From Phycisphaera mikurensis NBRC 102666 (GTDB lineage: Bacteria; Planctomycetota; Phycisphaerae; Phycisphaerales; Phycisphaeraceae), in NCBI RefSeq assembly GCF_000284115.1, contig NC_017080.1:2730001-2762000 (forward strand): a DNA stretch of 32,000 nt. Reading direction: 5' to 3'. This document shows positions 17,941 to 26,394 of this stretch, in pieces. The translations under genes were made by a program, and so were the position numbers. The notes beneath the pieces were generated by a model. It did not search any database. It was not told the origin of the DNA and worked only from the letters and a program-made list of their open reading frames with translations. Numbering within the stretch: the stretch's first letter is position 1; each line of letters opens with the position of its first letter.

Positions 17941-18704
17941 TAGCCGAGCAACGCGTCGAGCTGGGCGCGGGCCAGCGGGGGCAGGTCGCCCGGCTCCGCC
18001 CGCATCGCGTGCAGAGCGGCTTCGGCGGCCGCTTGCTCGGCTCCTTTCTTCGTCGAGGCGGAAGCCTCCCCGAAGCGGCGACCGGCCACCACCGCGGCGA
18101 CGCGGAAGACGGGGCGGTGGCCCGGGCCGCTGGAGCCGAGCGGCTCGTAGAGCGCACGCCCGCCGAGGTGGGCCTGGGCGAAGTCCTGCAGCGCGCTCTT
18201 GAAGTTCCGCTGGTGGGTGGAGGTGGCGGCCTCCTCGAGGGCGTCGCCGAGGTGATCGAGCACGAAGGCGCGGGCGGTGGGCAGGCCGGCGTCGAGGTGC
18301 AGGGCGGCGACGACGGCCTCGAAGGCGTTGCCGCCGAGCGTGTCGGCCAGCCGCGCCCGGGCCCGCATGCCCGGACCCAGCTGCAGCAGGGCGACGAGGC
18401 CGAGCCGATCGGCGGCGGCGGCGCAGGCGACACGCGAGACCACGGCGGACTTCATCACCGACAGCTCGCCCTCGGGGCGGTCGGGGAAGCGCTCGAAGAG
18501 CGCCTCGCAGACGCACAGCTCGATGACGGCGTCGCCGAGGAACTCCAGACGCTCGTTGGAGGGCCGGCCGGGGCCGGCGGCCGACGCGTGGCGCAGCGCC
18601 TCCGCGAGGAGCCCGGCGTCGGCGAAGCGGTGGCCGAGCGCGGCCTGCGCGCGTTCGATTCGGTCGGCGTCGGAAGCTGCGGGCCGGGGCGCTGACTCGC
18701 TCAC
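17940..18704 (-). CDS. rnc: Ribonuclease III
   Basis: 'LGHRFADAGLLAEALRHAS', 'NERLEFLGDAVIELCVCEALFERFPDRPEGELSVMKSAVVS', 'LGGNAFEAVVAALHLD', C-terminal dsRBD-like region. GTG start. Confidence 0.9.
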   Translation of the reverse strand: MSESAPRPAASDADRIERAQAALGHRFADAGLLAEALRHASAAGPGRPSNERLEFLGDAVIELCVCEALFERFPDRPEGELSVMKSAVVSRVACAAAADRLGLVALLQLGPGMRARARLADTLGGNAFEAVVAALHLDAGLPTARAFVLDHLGDALEEAATSTHQRNFKSALQDFAQAHLGGRALYEPLGSSGPGHRPVFRVAAVVAGRRFGEASASTKKGAEQAAAEAALHAMRAEPGDLPPLARAQLDALLG

Positions 18705-18712
18705 GAACGGGG

Positions 18713-18718
18713 ACGCTA
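18713..18718 (-). promoter_or_regulatory. Candidate -10 hexamer TAGCGT, 8 nt before rnc GTG
   Basis: Minus strand TAGCGT ccccgttc GTG. Confidence 0.42.
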
Positions 18719-18798
18719 CCGGCGATTTCCGAAGCGTCGTGCGCGCTCCGCGGATCCGTCCGCCCGCTGAGGCGCAGAGGGAACGGCGAGCGATGCGC

Positions 18799-18804
18799 TA
18801 CCCT
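18799..18804 (+). promoter_or_regulatory. Candidate -10 hexamer TACCCT, 7 nt before GTG of S55-like gene
   Basis: TACCCT ccgcgcc GTG. Confidence 0.42.
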
Positions 18805-18811
18805 CCGCGCC

Positions 18812-20839
18812 GTGCATTCCGCCTCCACCCGCCCCGTGCTCCGAAGACGCCACCTCTTTCTCGCGGCGACGCTCGCGGGGCTTGGCATCGGACCCGCCCT
18901 CGCGGAGCCGTCCGACGGCTACGACCCGGAGCCCGGCGTCATCGCGAGCCCGCAGACGCTGCGGGAGGAGATCCCGCTGGAAGAGGTGAGGGTGGGCATG
19001 AAGGGCTACGGGCTCTCGGTCTTCCACGGGACCCGGATCGAGAGCTTCCCCGTGGAGGTGGTCAGCGTGATCACCAGCTCGCGTCCCGGCCGCTCGGTGG
19101 TCTGGGTGTCCTGCACGGACGAGCGGATGCAGAAGTATGGCCCGGTGCAGGGCATGTCCGGCTCGCCGATCTACCTCTGGGACGAAGGCGAAGCGGGCGT
19201 GGAGGGCGAGGGCGGGCGGCTGCTGGGGGCCTTCGCCTTCGGCTACCCGATGACCAACGAGTGCATGGTCGGGGTGCAGCCGATCGGCTACATGCGGGCG
19301 GTGGGCGTGCGGGCGGCGGCGGGCGTCGACGCGGTCGACGGGAGCGCGGCCGGGCCGGCCACCGGCAACGCGCCCGCGACGCTGGCGGCGGGGCTGATCG
19401 CCAGCCTGATCGCCGAGGCCGAGGCCGCGGCGGCCCCGGCTTGGGCCCGCACCGGCTTGGATCACGCCGCCGGCGTTGCCCGCCGCACGCCGGGCTTCGC
19501 GGCGACGGCCGGATCCGCGCCGTCCGCCGCCGACGCGGGCCCGCGGCCCCTCGCACTCCCGGTTGCCGTCGGGAGCGCCGAGCTCGCCCGCGTGGCCGCC
19601 CCCTTCCTCCGCCCGCTGGGCTTGAACGCGACGGCCGGCGGGGGCGACGCCGGCGGCGTGGGCGGTCCGATTCCCTCCAACGTCGACGCGGACGCCACGC
19701 GCATCGAGCCCGGCTCGGTGCTGGCGATCCCGCTGGCCTTCGGCGACTGGACCCCCACCGCCGCCGGCACCGTCACCGACGTCTCGCCCGATGGCACCGT
19801 CATCGGCTTCGGCCACGCGATGGACGGCCAGGGCGACACCGCCCTGCCGCTGGCGAGCGGCTACACGCACTTCGTGGTGTCCAGGCGCGACATCTCCTTC
19901 AAGCAGGCGGGGCTGCTGAAGATGGCGGGCAGCATCCTGCAGGACGAGAGCACCGCCGTCGCCGGCTCGGCCATGCGGGCGTTCCGCACGGCGCCCTCCG
20001 CGGTCCGCGTGAGGATGCCCGGCCACCCCGACCGGGCCTACGCCTACGACGTGGTGCAGCACCCCGGCTACACGCCGTTCATCGGCCCGCTCACGGCGGT
20101 CGTCTCGCTGGGGGCGGAGCAGTCCCCGCCGGAGCGGAACACGACGCGTGTGACCGGCCGCGTCGCCTTCAGCGACGGGAGCGGGCTGGACGTCGACGTC
20201 GCCCTGCCCTTCGGCACGCCCGGCGGCGTCGCCGGCGAGCTCGGGCCGGCCGTGTCGATGATGCTCACCAACCCCTTCGAGCGGCTCGAGCTCGCCTCGA
20301 TGGACTTCGACCTCGAGGTCACGCCGGAGGTGGAGCTGGCCTTCCTGCAGGACGCCTCGGTTCAGCCCGCCGTGGCGCAGCCGGGCGAGGAGGTGGAGGT
20401 CGAGGTGCGGCTCCAGCCCTACGACGCGCCCCTGCGGGTCGAGCGCTACAAGGTCCGCGTGCCCGTGGACGCGCCCGATGGCGAGCTGGAGCTGCTGGTG
20501 AGCGACGCGTCGACCGCGCTGTTCCGCCTGCAGGCGGCGCGGCCCGCGTGGAACAAGATCGACTCGCTCGACGAGCTGCGCGAGCAGCTGCAGCTGGGTC
20601 TCACCTTCCCGCGGCGGGCGGTCCACGTGTCGGTCTCCAGCGAGGGCCCGCCGGAGCTGACGCTCGGCGAGTCGACGCTGCCGGGCATCCCCAACACGTT
20701 CGGCGCCGTGCTCGGCAGCTCCGCCTCGTCGGCCGCCCGCCCCGGCCGCGCCGTGCAGCAATCCGCTTTCGAGGTGCCCGAGGTCGTCGCCGGATCGCTC
20801 CGCGTGAGCGTCGAGATCCGGCGGGATCCGGCCGGCTGA
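18812..20839 (+). CDS. Secreted SpoIVB peptidase S55-domain-like protein
   Basis: Signal peptide; 'EVRVGMKGYGLSVFHGTRIESFPVEVVSVI', 'GPVQGMSGSPIYL', 'LLGAFAFGYPMTNECMVGVQPIGYM' match the S55/SpoIVB pattern including GMSGSP serine motif. Confidence 0.78.
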   Translation: MHSASTRPVLRRRHLFLAATLAGLGIGPALAEPSDGYDPEPGVIASPQTLREEIPLEEVRVGMKGYGLSVFHGTRIESFPVEVVSVITSSRPGRSVVWVSCTDERMQKYGPVQGMSGSPIYLWDEGEAGVEGEGGRLLGAFAFGYPMTNECMVGVQPIGYMRAVGVRAAAGVDAVDGSAAGPATGNAPATLAAGLIASLIAEAEAAAAPAWARTGLDHAAGVARRTPGFAATAGSAPSAADAGPRPLALPVAVGSAELARVAAPFLRPLGLNATAGGGDAGGVGGPIPSNVDADATRIEPGSVLAIPLAFGDWTPTAAGTVTDVSPDGTVIGFGHAMDGQGDTALPLASGYTHFVVSRRDISFKQAGLLKMAGSILQDESTAVAGSAMRAFRTAPSAVRVRMPGHPDRAYAYDVVQHPGYTPFIGPLTAVVSLGAEQSPPERNTTRVTGRVAFSDGSGLDVDVALPFGTPGGVAGELGPAVSMMLTNPFERLELASMDFDLEVTPEVELAFLQDASVQPAVAQPGEEVEVEVRLQPYDAPLRVERYKVRVPVDAPDGELELLVSDASTALFRLQAARPAWNKIDSLDELREQLQLGLTFPRRAVHVSVSSEGPPELTLGESTLPGIPNTFGAVLGSSASSAARPGRAVQQSAFEVPEVVAGSLRVSVEIRRDPAG

Positions 20840-20903
20840 TCGCCCCCTTCCCGCTCCCTCGCGGGCCGGCTTGGCCGGTCCGCAGCCGTGTTCCAACCCC
20901 CTC

Positions 20904-23462
20904 ATGCCGATGCCGCAACGTTCCGCCACGCGATCCACCCGCCCGCACGCCACGGTCCCCCTCGCGGCGGCGGGCGTGCTGCTGTGCGGCTCCACGCTGG
21001 CGGCAGCGACCGCCACCGCCGACACGGCGCGGCGGTTCGTGCACACGACCGAGGCGGACTTCGCCCCCGGTGAGGCCGAAGGCTTCTCGGTGACGGCCTA
21101 CGGAGAGCTGGTCCCGGTGCCCGCCTTCGAGGCGCTGCCCGACGCGCCCGAGGGCGTGGAGACGCTGCTCGCGCTGGCCGCGGACGGCGGCGGCACCGTC
21201 TACGCCGCGGGCGGGACCGCGAGCGGCGGCGCGGCGGTGGTGAAGCTCGTGGCAGACGCCTGGGAGGAGGTTGCGGCCTTCGGAGACGCGCAAGTCTTCT
21301 GCCTGCTCGCGGCCGGCGACGAGCTGCTCGCCGGGGTGAGCGCGGCGGACGGGGCCAGCCGCGTCGTTGCGCTCGGAGGCGGGGAGCCACGGACGGTGCT
21401 GGAGCTGCCCGAGGACCGCTACGTGTGGGCGATGGCCGGCACGCCCGGCCGGACGCCGCTGCTCTTGGCCACCGGCATCGAGGGCCGCGTGCTGTCGGTG
21501 GCCTTCGAGGCGGTGGCGGGTGAAGGAGCCGACGGGGCCGGGGAGAGGCCCGAGCCCGTCGTCGTCCTCGACGCCGCCCAGGCCAACGTGCTCGCGCTGG
21601 CCGCCTCCCCCGGCGGCTTCCCCTTCTTCGCCGGCACCGACACCGACGGCATCGTCTACCGCATCGACGCCGCCGAGGGCGACGATCCGCTCGCGGCCGT
21701 GGCCGTCTTCGACGCCGCCGAGCCCGAGGTCGCCGCGCTGGCGGTCCACGGCGACGGCCGCGTGTACGTCGGCACGGCCGACGCCGAGCAGGCCAAGCCC
21801 GGGCGCCTCGGGGACCCGGCGGGCGAGTCGACGGGCAAGCCGCAGATCGCCGACGACGCCGTCGGCGACAGCAACGACGCCGACCTGCCCCCGATCGAGC
21901 CCGGGCCGGTCGAGCTGGCGGAGGGGGCCACGCCCGCCGCCCCCGGTGCCGTCGCGCCCACGGCCGCGCCGGATGCGGCCGCCGCCGGAGGGTCCGGAGA
22001 CGAGCCCGCGGCCGAAGAGGGTGCGCCCGCGACCGAGGAAGCCGGCGAGCCCGGGGCCGCGACGCCCACGCCCGCCGATTACGACGCGCTCCGCGAGACG
22101 CTCAAGGAGAAGCTTGCCAGCGCGAAGCAGACCGGCACGCTCGAGCTGGAGGGCGTGGCCGCCGCCTCGTCGACGCCCAAGGCCAGCCGGCCCCGGACCC
22201 CCGACCAGCCCGCGGCCGAGAAGAAGGAGGGCAACGCCGTGTACGAGCTGCTCCCTGAAGGCAGCTCGCGGGAGGTGTTCCGCGAGACCTCGATGGTGCT
22301 CGCGCTCGCGCTGGACGACGCCGGCCAGCGCCTCCTCATCGGCACCGGTGGCGAAGGCGAGCTGCACGCGGTCGACGTCGCGGACGGCACGCGGACGCTG
22401 GTCCGCGACCTCGACAGCCAGCAGGTCACGGCCCTGCTTGCCGGCGGCGACGGCGTCACGGTCGCGGCCTCCAGCCCCGCCCTCGCCGGCCGGCTTCCCG
22501 GCGGCCGTCCCACCGGGGAGGCCGTCTACACCTCGGCCTCCCTGGACGCCGGCCGCACCGCGCTGTTCGGCCGCATCCGCCTCGACGCCACCGGACCCGG
22601 CGGCACCGCGTTCGGCGTGGAGACGCGTTCGGGGGCCACCGCCGACCCCGAGGCCGCGCCCTGGTCCGCGTGGATCCCCGCCGGGGAGCTCGCCGCGGGC
22701 GACCCGGCGGCCTCGCTGGAGATCCCGGCGTCGCCGGCGCGGTTCCTGCAGTACCGCCTGACGCTCGCCGCCCGGCCCGACGCCGACGCGGCCGCGGCCA
22801 CGCCCGCCGTGGAGTCGGTGACGCTGTCCTACGCCGTGCCGAACCTCGCGCCGCGGGTCACCCGCCTGACCCTGGAGGCGGCGGAGCCCGAGGAGCCCGG
22901 GGCCGAGGCCGACCCCACCGTGTCGATCGCGTGGGAGGCCAACGACCCCGACGAGGACACGCTCTCCTACGACGTCAGCTGGCGCCTGGAGGGCTCCGAC
23001 GCCTGGCTGCTCGCGGCCGAGGACCTGACCGAGACCACCTTCGACTGGGACACCCGCGGCCTCGGCTCGGGCCGCTACACCGTCCGCGTGGCCGCGACCG
23101 ATGCCCCCGACAACCCGCCGGGCCAGGAGCGGACCTCCACCCGCCGCTCGGACGTGTTCCTGCTGGACAACACCCCGCCGACGCTCGAGGCCTCGGCCGA
23201 GGAGGAGAGCGGCGAGCTTGTAATCACCGGCACCGCGAGCGACGCGACGGGCACCGTCGCCGGTGTCGCCTTCCGCGTCGGCGACGACGCCGCGTTCCGG
23301 CCCGTCGCCGCGGCCGACCTGCTCTTCGACTCGGCCGAGGAAGCCTTCCGCCTCCCGCTGCCCGGGCTCGACCGCTCCCGCGGCCACGTCGTGACGCTCC
23401 GCGCCGCCGACGCCCGCGGCAACGCGGCCTTCCGCAGCGTCGTCGTGCCGGCAAAACCGTAG
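20904..23462 (+). CDS. Secreted propeller-like repeat protein with C-terminal Ig/FN3-like domain
   Basis: Signal-like N-terminus; repeated 'VYAAGG', 'LLLATG-EGRVLSV', 'VYVGTAD', 'LLIGTGGEGELHAVDV' blades; C-terminal 'YTVRVAATDAPDNPPGQERTSTRRSDVFLLDNTPPTLE' and 'VVITGTASDATGTVAGVAFRVGD'-type segment. Confidence 0.65.
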   Translation: MPMPQRSATRSTRPHATVPLAAAGVLLCGSTLAAATATADTARRFVHTTEADFAPGEAEGFSVTAYGELVPVPAFEALPDAPEGVETLLALAADGGGTVYAAGGTASGGAAVVKLVADAWEEVAAFGDAQVFCLLAAGDELLAGVSAADGASRVVALGGGEPRTVLELPEDRYVWAMAGTPGRTPLLLATGIEGRVLSVAFEAVAGEGADGAGERPEPVVVLDAAQANVLALAASPGGFPFFAGTDTDGIVYRIDAAEGDDPLAAVAVFDAAEPEVAALAVHGDGRVYVGTADAEQAKPGRLGDPAGESTGKPQIADDAVGDSNDADLPPIEPGPVELAEGATPAAPGAVAPTAAPDAAAAGGSGDEPAAEEGAPATEEAGEPGAATPTPADYDALRETLKEKLASAKQTGTLELEGVAAASSTPKASRPRTPDQPAAEKKEGNAVYELLPEGSSREVFRETSMVLALALDDAGQRLLIGTGGEGELHAVDVADGTRTLVRDLDSQQVTALLAGGDGVTVAASSPALAGRLPGGRPTGEAVYTSASLDAGRTALFGRIRLDATGPGGTAFGVETRSGATADPEAAPWSAWIPAGELAAGDPAASLEIPASPARFLQYRLTLAARPDADAAAATPAVESVTLSYAVPNLAPRVTRLTLEAAEPEEPGAEADPTVSIAWEANDPDEDTLSYDVSWRLEGSDAWLLAAEDLTETTFDWDTRGLGSGRYTVRVAATDAPDNPPGQERTSTRRSDVFLLDNTPPTLEASAEEESGELVITGTASDATGTVAGVAFRVGDDAAFRPVAAADLLFDSAEEAFRLPLPGLDRSRGHVVTLRAADARGNAAFRSVVVPAKP

Positions 23463-23650
23463 AACGCCGCACCGAGCAAGCCGCCTCCGCTCGGGCGAGC
23501 CGCGGCCGCCCGCGGCCACAGCCCGGAGGCCCGGAGGGCCCGGCTCCGCGACCGGACGCGATGCGCTCCGCGGGCGCGGCCGCGGACCGCGGCGAGCGAT
23601 GCGTTGGAACCGCGACGGTCCGCGGATTCTGCGGGCACGCGACCATCCGC

Positions 23651-23656
23651 TATCCT
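23651..23656 (+). promoter_or_regulatory. Candidate -10 hexamer TATCCT, 10 nt before rpmH ATG
   Basis: TATCCT ctccgccccg ATG. Confidence 0.45.
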
Positions 23657-23666
23657 CTCCGCCCCG

Positions 23667-23816
23667 ATGTCCACTCACTACCCCAAGCGTCGTTCCCTCA
23701 TCAAGCGCGCCCGCAAGTTCGGCTTCCGCGCCCGGATGAAGACCAGCCTCGGCCGCAAGATGCTCAACCGCAAGCGTCGCGTCGGGCGGAGCGTGAACGT
23801 CCGCAAGAGCTTCTGA
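23667..23816 (+). CDS. rpmH: 50S ribosomal protein L34
   Basis: 49 aa 'MSTHYPKRRSLIKRARKFGFRARMKTSLGRKMLNRKRRVGRSVNVRKSF' matches the L34 core GFRARM-T--GR--LNRRR--GR. Confidence 0.85.
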   Translation: MSTHYPKRRSLIKRARKFGFRARMKTSLGRKMLNRKRRVGRSVNVRKSF

Positions 23817-23839
23817 CCCGCCCCCCCCGGGCGTCTCCC

Positions 23840-23866
23840 GCGGCGGGCGCACGCCCGCCGCTTTTT
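23840..23866 (+). terminator. Intrinsic terminator downstream of rpmH
   Basis: gcggcgggc-gcac-gcccgccgc followed by ttttt. Confidence 0.85.
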
Positions 23867-23918
23867 CTGCGCCCGCCGCGGCGTGGAGCGGGTCCGCCGG
23901 CCCGCGTCCGGAGCCGGA

Positions 23919-25247
23919 TCAAGGCTCGGCGCTGTGATCCTCGGTGTCGGCGGACCACAGGCCGATGCCGGGATCGGGCACGTAGAAGACCTCCTCGCCG
24001 GCGCGGTCGTTCCAGCCGGGCCGCAGGTTCCCCGCGTCGAGCCGGGCGACGGCCGCGTCGTGGTCCTCGAAGTCGAATCCGACGCCGCGGACGGCCTCGG
24101 CGGGGAGGTTCTCCGGCCGCGTGGCGTAGGTGATCCCGAAGCGGCCCTCGCCGCTGCCGTGGATGAGGTGGGCGGCGACGCTGGCCTCGGCCCGCAGCGC
24201 GGCGTGCTCGGCCATGGCGGCGAGCGTTCGGGGCGTGCCGTGGTAGCCGAAGCGGGCGATCAGGGGGTCGGTCCGGGCGTTCTCGCCGAAACGCTTCACG
24301 CCGGGGGCGAGCACGACGAGGCGGCCGCCGGTCGCCATGGCCATGCGCGTGCGGTAGATGGCCTTGTTGCCGAGCCACGTGCTGGCGTAGGTCTCGGCGT
24401 CGAGCTTGACCACGCAGGTCCGGATCGGCCGGTCGAGATCGGTGAGGTTCACCATCCGCGAGAGCGCAGCGGCCTCGCGGAAGGCGCTGTTGTCGCGGCT
24501 GGCGAAGAGCCCGCGGAGCACGGGCCGCGGCGTCGCGGAGCCATCGAGAACGCCCTCGACAACCGACAGCACGAAGCCCACGCGCGTCCTGGGCTCGACG
24601 AACTCGCGGTACATGCGATCGAGCAGCCGCCGGACGGGCGTCTCCGCCCGGCCCATCACGCGCTCCATCCCGTAGACGGCGCCCAGCAGGTGCGAGCGGT
24701 CGATCACCGGCTTGCCGCCGACGCCGATCATCACGTTCTTGGTGTAGTTGGCGAGGCCGACCACCTCGTGGGGCACCACCTGGCCCAGCGAGAGCACGAC
24801 GTCGTAGCCGCCGGAGGTGACCGCGGGGTTGACGGCGACGGGCAGGTCGTCGATGACGCCGGCGCGGGCGAGGCGGCCGCCGGAGAGGCGGTCGATCTCG
24901 AGGCCGTCGATGGTGCCCAGCACGTCGAGCTCGCCGTCCCAGCGGTGCACCCGGAAGCGGTCCATCGGGATCGTCTCGCCGAAGAAGCGACGCAGCTGGG
25001 CCTCGGTCATCGGGTGGTGGGTGCCCAGGGCGGGCATCACGTCGACGCGCACGTCCGGCTCGAGCAACGACCACAGCTCCGCGGCCATCTTCCCGGCGAA
25101 GCTCTTCGCGCGGGTGTGGTCGGGCGGCAACAGGAGCACCCGCTCCGCGTCGCCGCACCAGGCTCTGGCCACCTCCGCCATCCGCTCGCGCAGCCGCTGG
25201 GGCGTGACCTCCGCCTCGGGCCCGCCCTCGGAGAAGAGCGTGCTCAC
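23919..25247 (-). CDS. larA: LarA-family (lactate racemase-like, nickel-pincer) hydroxyacid racemase/epimerase
   Basis: 'VLLLPPDHTRAKSF', 'ALGTHHPMTEAQLRRFFG', 'VVPHEVVGLANYTKNVMIGVGGKPVIDRSH'. GTG start overlapping the gluconokinase stop. Confidence 0.82.
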   Translation of the reverse strand: MSTLFSEGGPEAEVTPQRLRERMAEVARAWCGDAERVLLLPPDHTRAKSFAGKMAAELWSLLEPDVRVDVMPALGTHHPMTEAQLRRFFGETIPMDRFRVHRWDGELDVLGTIDGLEIDRLSGGRLARAGVIDDLPVAVNPAVTSGGYDVVLSLGQVVPHEVVGLANYTKNVMIGVGGKPVIDRSHLLGAVYGMERVMGRAETPVRRLLDRMYREFVEPRTRVGFVLSVVEGVLDGSATPRPVLRGLFASRDNSAFREAAALSRMVNLTDLDRPIRTCVVKLDAETYASTWLGNKAIYRTRMAMATGGRLVVLAPGVKRFGENARTDPLIARFGYHGTPRTLAAMAEHAALRAEASVAAHLIHGSGEGRFGITYATRPENLPAEAVRGVGFDFEDHDAAVARLDAGNLRPGWNDRAGEEVFYVPDPGIGLWSADTEDHSAEP

Positions 25248-25759
25248 GGCCTCACCGCCTCTCCGGTGCGTTGGGCGCGGACCGCGTCGGCGGCGGCCGC
25301 GACGACCTCGTCCAGCGGTGGCTCGATGCTCACCGCGACCACGCCGGGTTCGCCGGCGGGGTCCTCCAGCGTCCTGAACTGGCTGTCGAGCAGCGAGGGC
25401 GGCATGAAGTGGTCCTCCCGCGCCGCCATCCGCAGCGCGATGGTCTCGCGGTCGCCCGCGAGGTGGACGAAGAAGACATCGCCGGCCTCGCGGAGCCGGT
25501 CGCGGTACGACCGCTTCAGGGCGGAGCAGGCGAGCGCCGCCCCGCCGCCTCGGTTCCACGCGGCGATCGCCTCGCTCATCGCGTCCAGCCAGGGCGCCCG
25601 GTCGGCGTCGGTGAGGGGCGTGCCGCCGGCCATCTTCTCGACGTTCGCCCGCGGGTGGAAGGCGTCGGCGTCCTCGAAGGGCAGGCCCAGCCGGTCGGCG
25701 ACGCGGCGGCCGACTTCGCTCTTCCCGCAACCGGCCACACCCATGAACACGTGCGTCAT
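25244..25759 (-). CDS. gntK: Gluconokinase
   Basis: 'FMGVAGCGKSEVGRRVADRLGLPFEDADAFHPRANVEKMAGGTPLTDADRAPWL', 'ALACSALKRSYRDRLR', 'FVHLAGDRETIALRMAAREDHFMPPSLLDSQFRTLEDP'. Confidence 0.93.
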   Translation of the reverse strand: MTHVFMGVAGCGKSEVGRRVADRLGLPFEDADAFHPRANVEKMAGGTPLTDADRAPWLDAMSEAIAAWNRGGGAALACSALKRSYRDRLREAGDVFFVHLAGDRETIALRMAAREDHFMPPSLLDSQFRTLEDPAGEPGVVAVSIEPPLDEVVAAAADAVRAQRTGEAVRP

Positions 25760-25765
25760 GGGGCC

Positions 25766-25771
25766 AGCGTA
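25766..25771 (-). promoter_or_regulatory. Candidate -10 hexamer TACGCT, 6 nt before gntK ATG
   Basis: Minus strand TACGCT ggcccc ATG in the 32-nt macro/gntK gap. Confidence 0.42.
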
Positions 25772-25791
25772 CGGCCTCGCGGGCAGCGGCC

Positions 25792-26394
25792 TCAGCCGCG
25801 GCGCCGGCCGCCCGCCCACGCGGCGCGGTCCCGGATCAGCGCGCGGTGCAGCCGGGCGTCGGCCTCGTCGGCGAGCAGGAACGTGGCCCGCCGCGGGAAC
25901 GCCGGCGGCGGGCGGCGGGCGAAGTGGCCGACCGCGTGGCCGAGGGCGATCTTGGCCGCCCGCTCGGGCGGGAAGGCGGCGTCGGCGTGGAAGCGACCCA
26001 GCGGCGTGAAGCCGAGGTGGCCGAGTCCGAGCCGCTCGGCCGCCGCGAGCGCGGCGGCGTAGCAGGAGGCGAGCAGCACGTCCTCGTGGGCCTGGCCGAA
26101 GGCGGCGGCGTCGCCGCGGGGGGCGCCGGGGGCGGCGTCGGGGGCGACGGCGGTCCAGCGGGGCGGGCCCACCGGGATCGTGAGCACGCCGTCCGCGCCG
26201 GGCTCGGGCGCGGCGGTGCTCCCGGCGGCGAGCCCCGCGTCCGCCACGACGATCGCGTCCAGCGGCGTCTCCAGGCGGGCCGGACCCTCCGCCGCGTGGA
26301 GGCCGATGCGCGACCACGGCCCGCCCCGCTCCGGCGCGATCAGCGGCAGCGGAAGCCCGCCGATCAGGTGGTCGCCGTCGCGGCGGGCGCTCAC
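25792..26394 (-). CDS. Macro-domain-like protein (divergent)
   Basis: 'HEDVLLASCYAAALAAAERLGLGHLGFTPLGRFHADAAFPPERAAKIALGHAVGHF' resembles the macro-domain LxxCYxxxLxxA...G...P..G.......A..A pattern. Confidence 0.55.
   Translation of the reverse strand: MSARRDGDHLIGGLPLPLIAPERGGPWSRIGLHAAEGPARLETPLDAIVVADAGLAAGSTAAPEPGADGVLTIPVGPPRWTAVAPDAAPGAPRGDAAAFGQAHEDVLLASCYAAALAAAERLGLGHLGFTPLGRFHADAAFPPERAAKIALGHAVGHFARRPPPAFPRRATFLLADEADARLHRALIRDRAAWAGGRRRG

Noticed and set aside
18277-23852. Overlapping ORFs 18277..21093 (+), 18716..21046 (-) and 20601..23852 (-)
   Set aside because: Shadow ORFs of rnc, the S55-like and the propeller genes; RRG/HRH-rich composition, no recognisable domains.
23883-26009. 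Plus-strand ORF 708 aa opposite larA/gntK
   Set aside because: Antisense to genes with unmistakable LarA and gluconokinase motifs; low-information composition.
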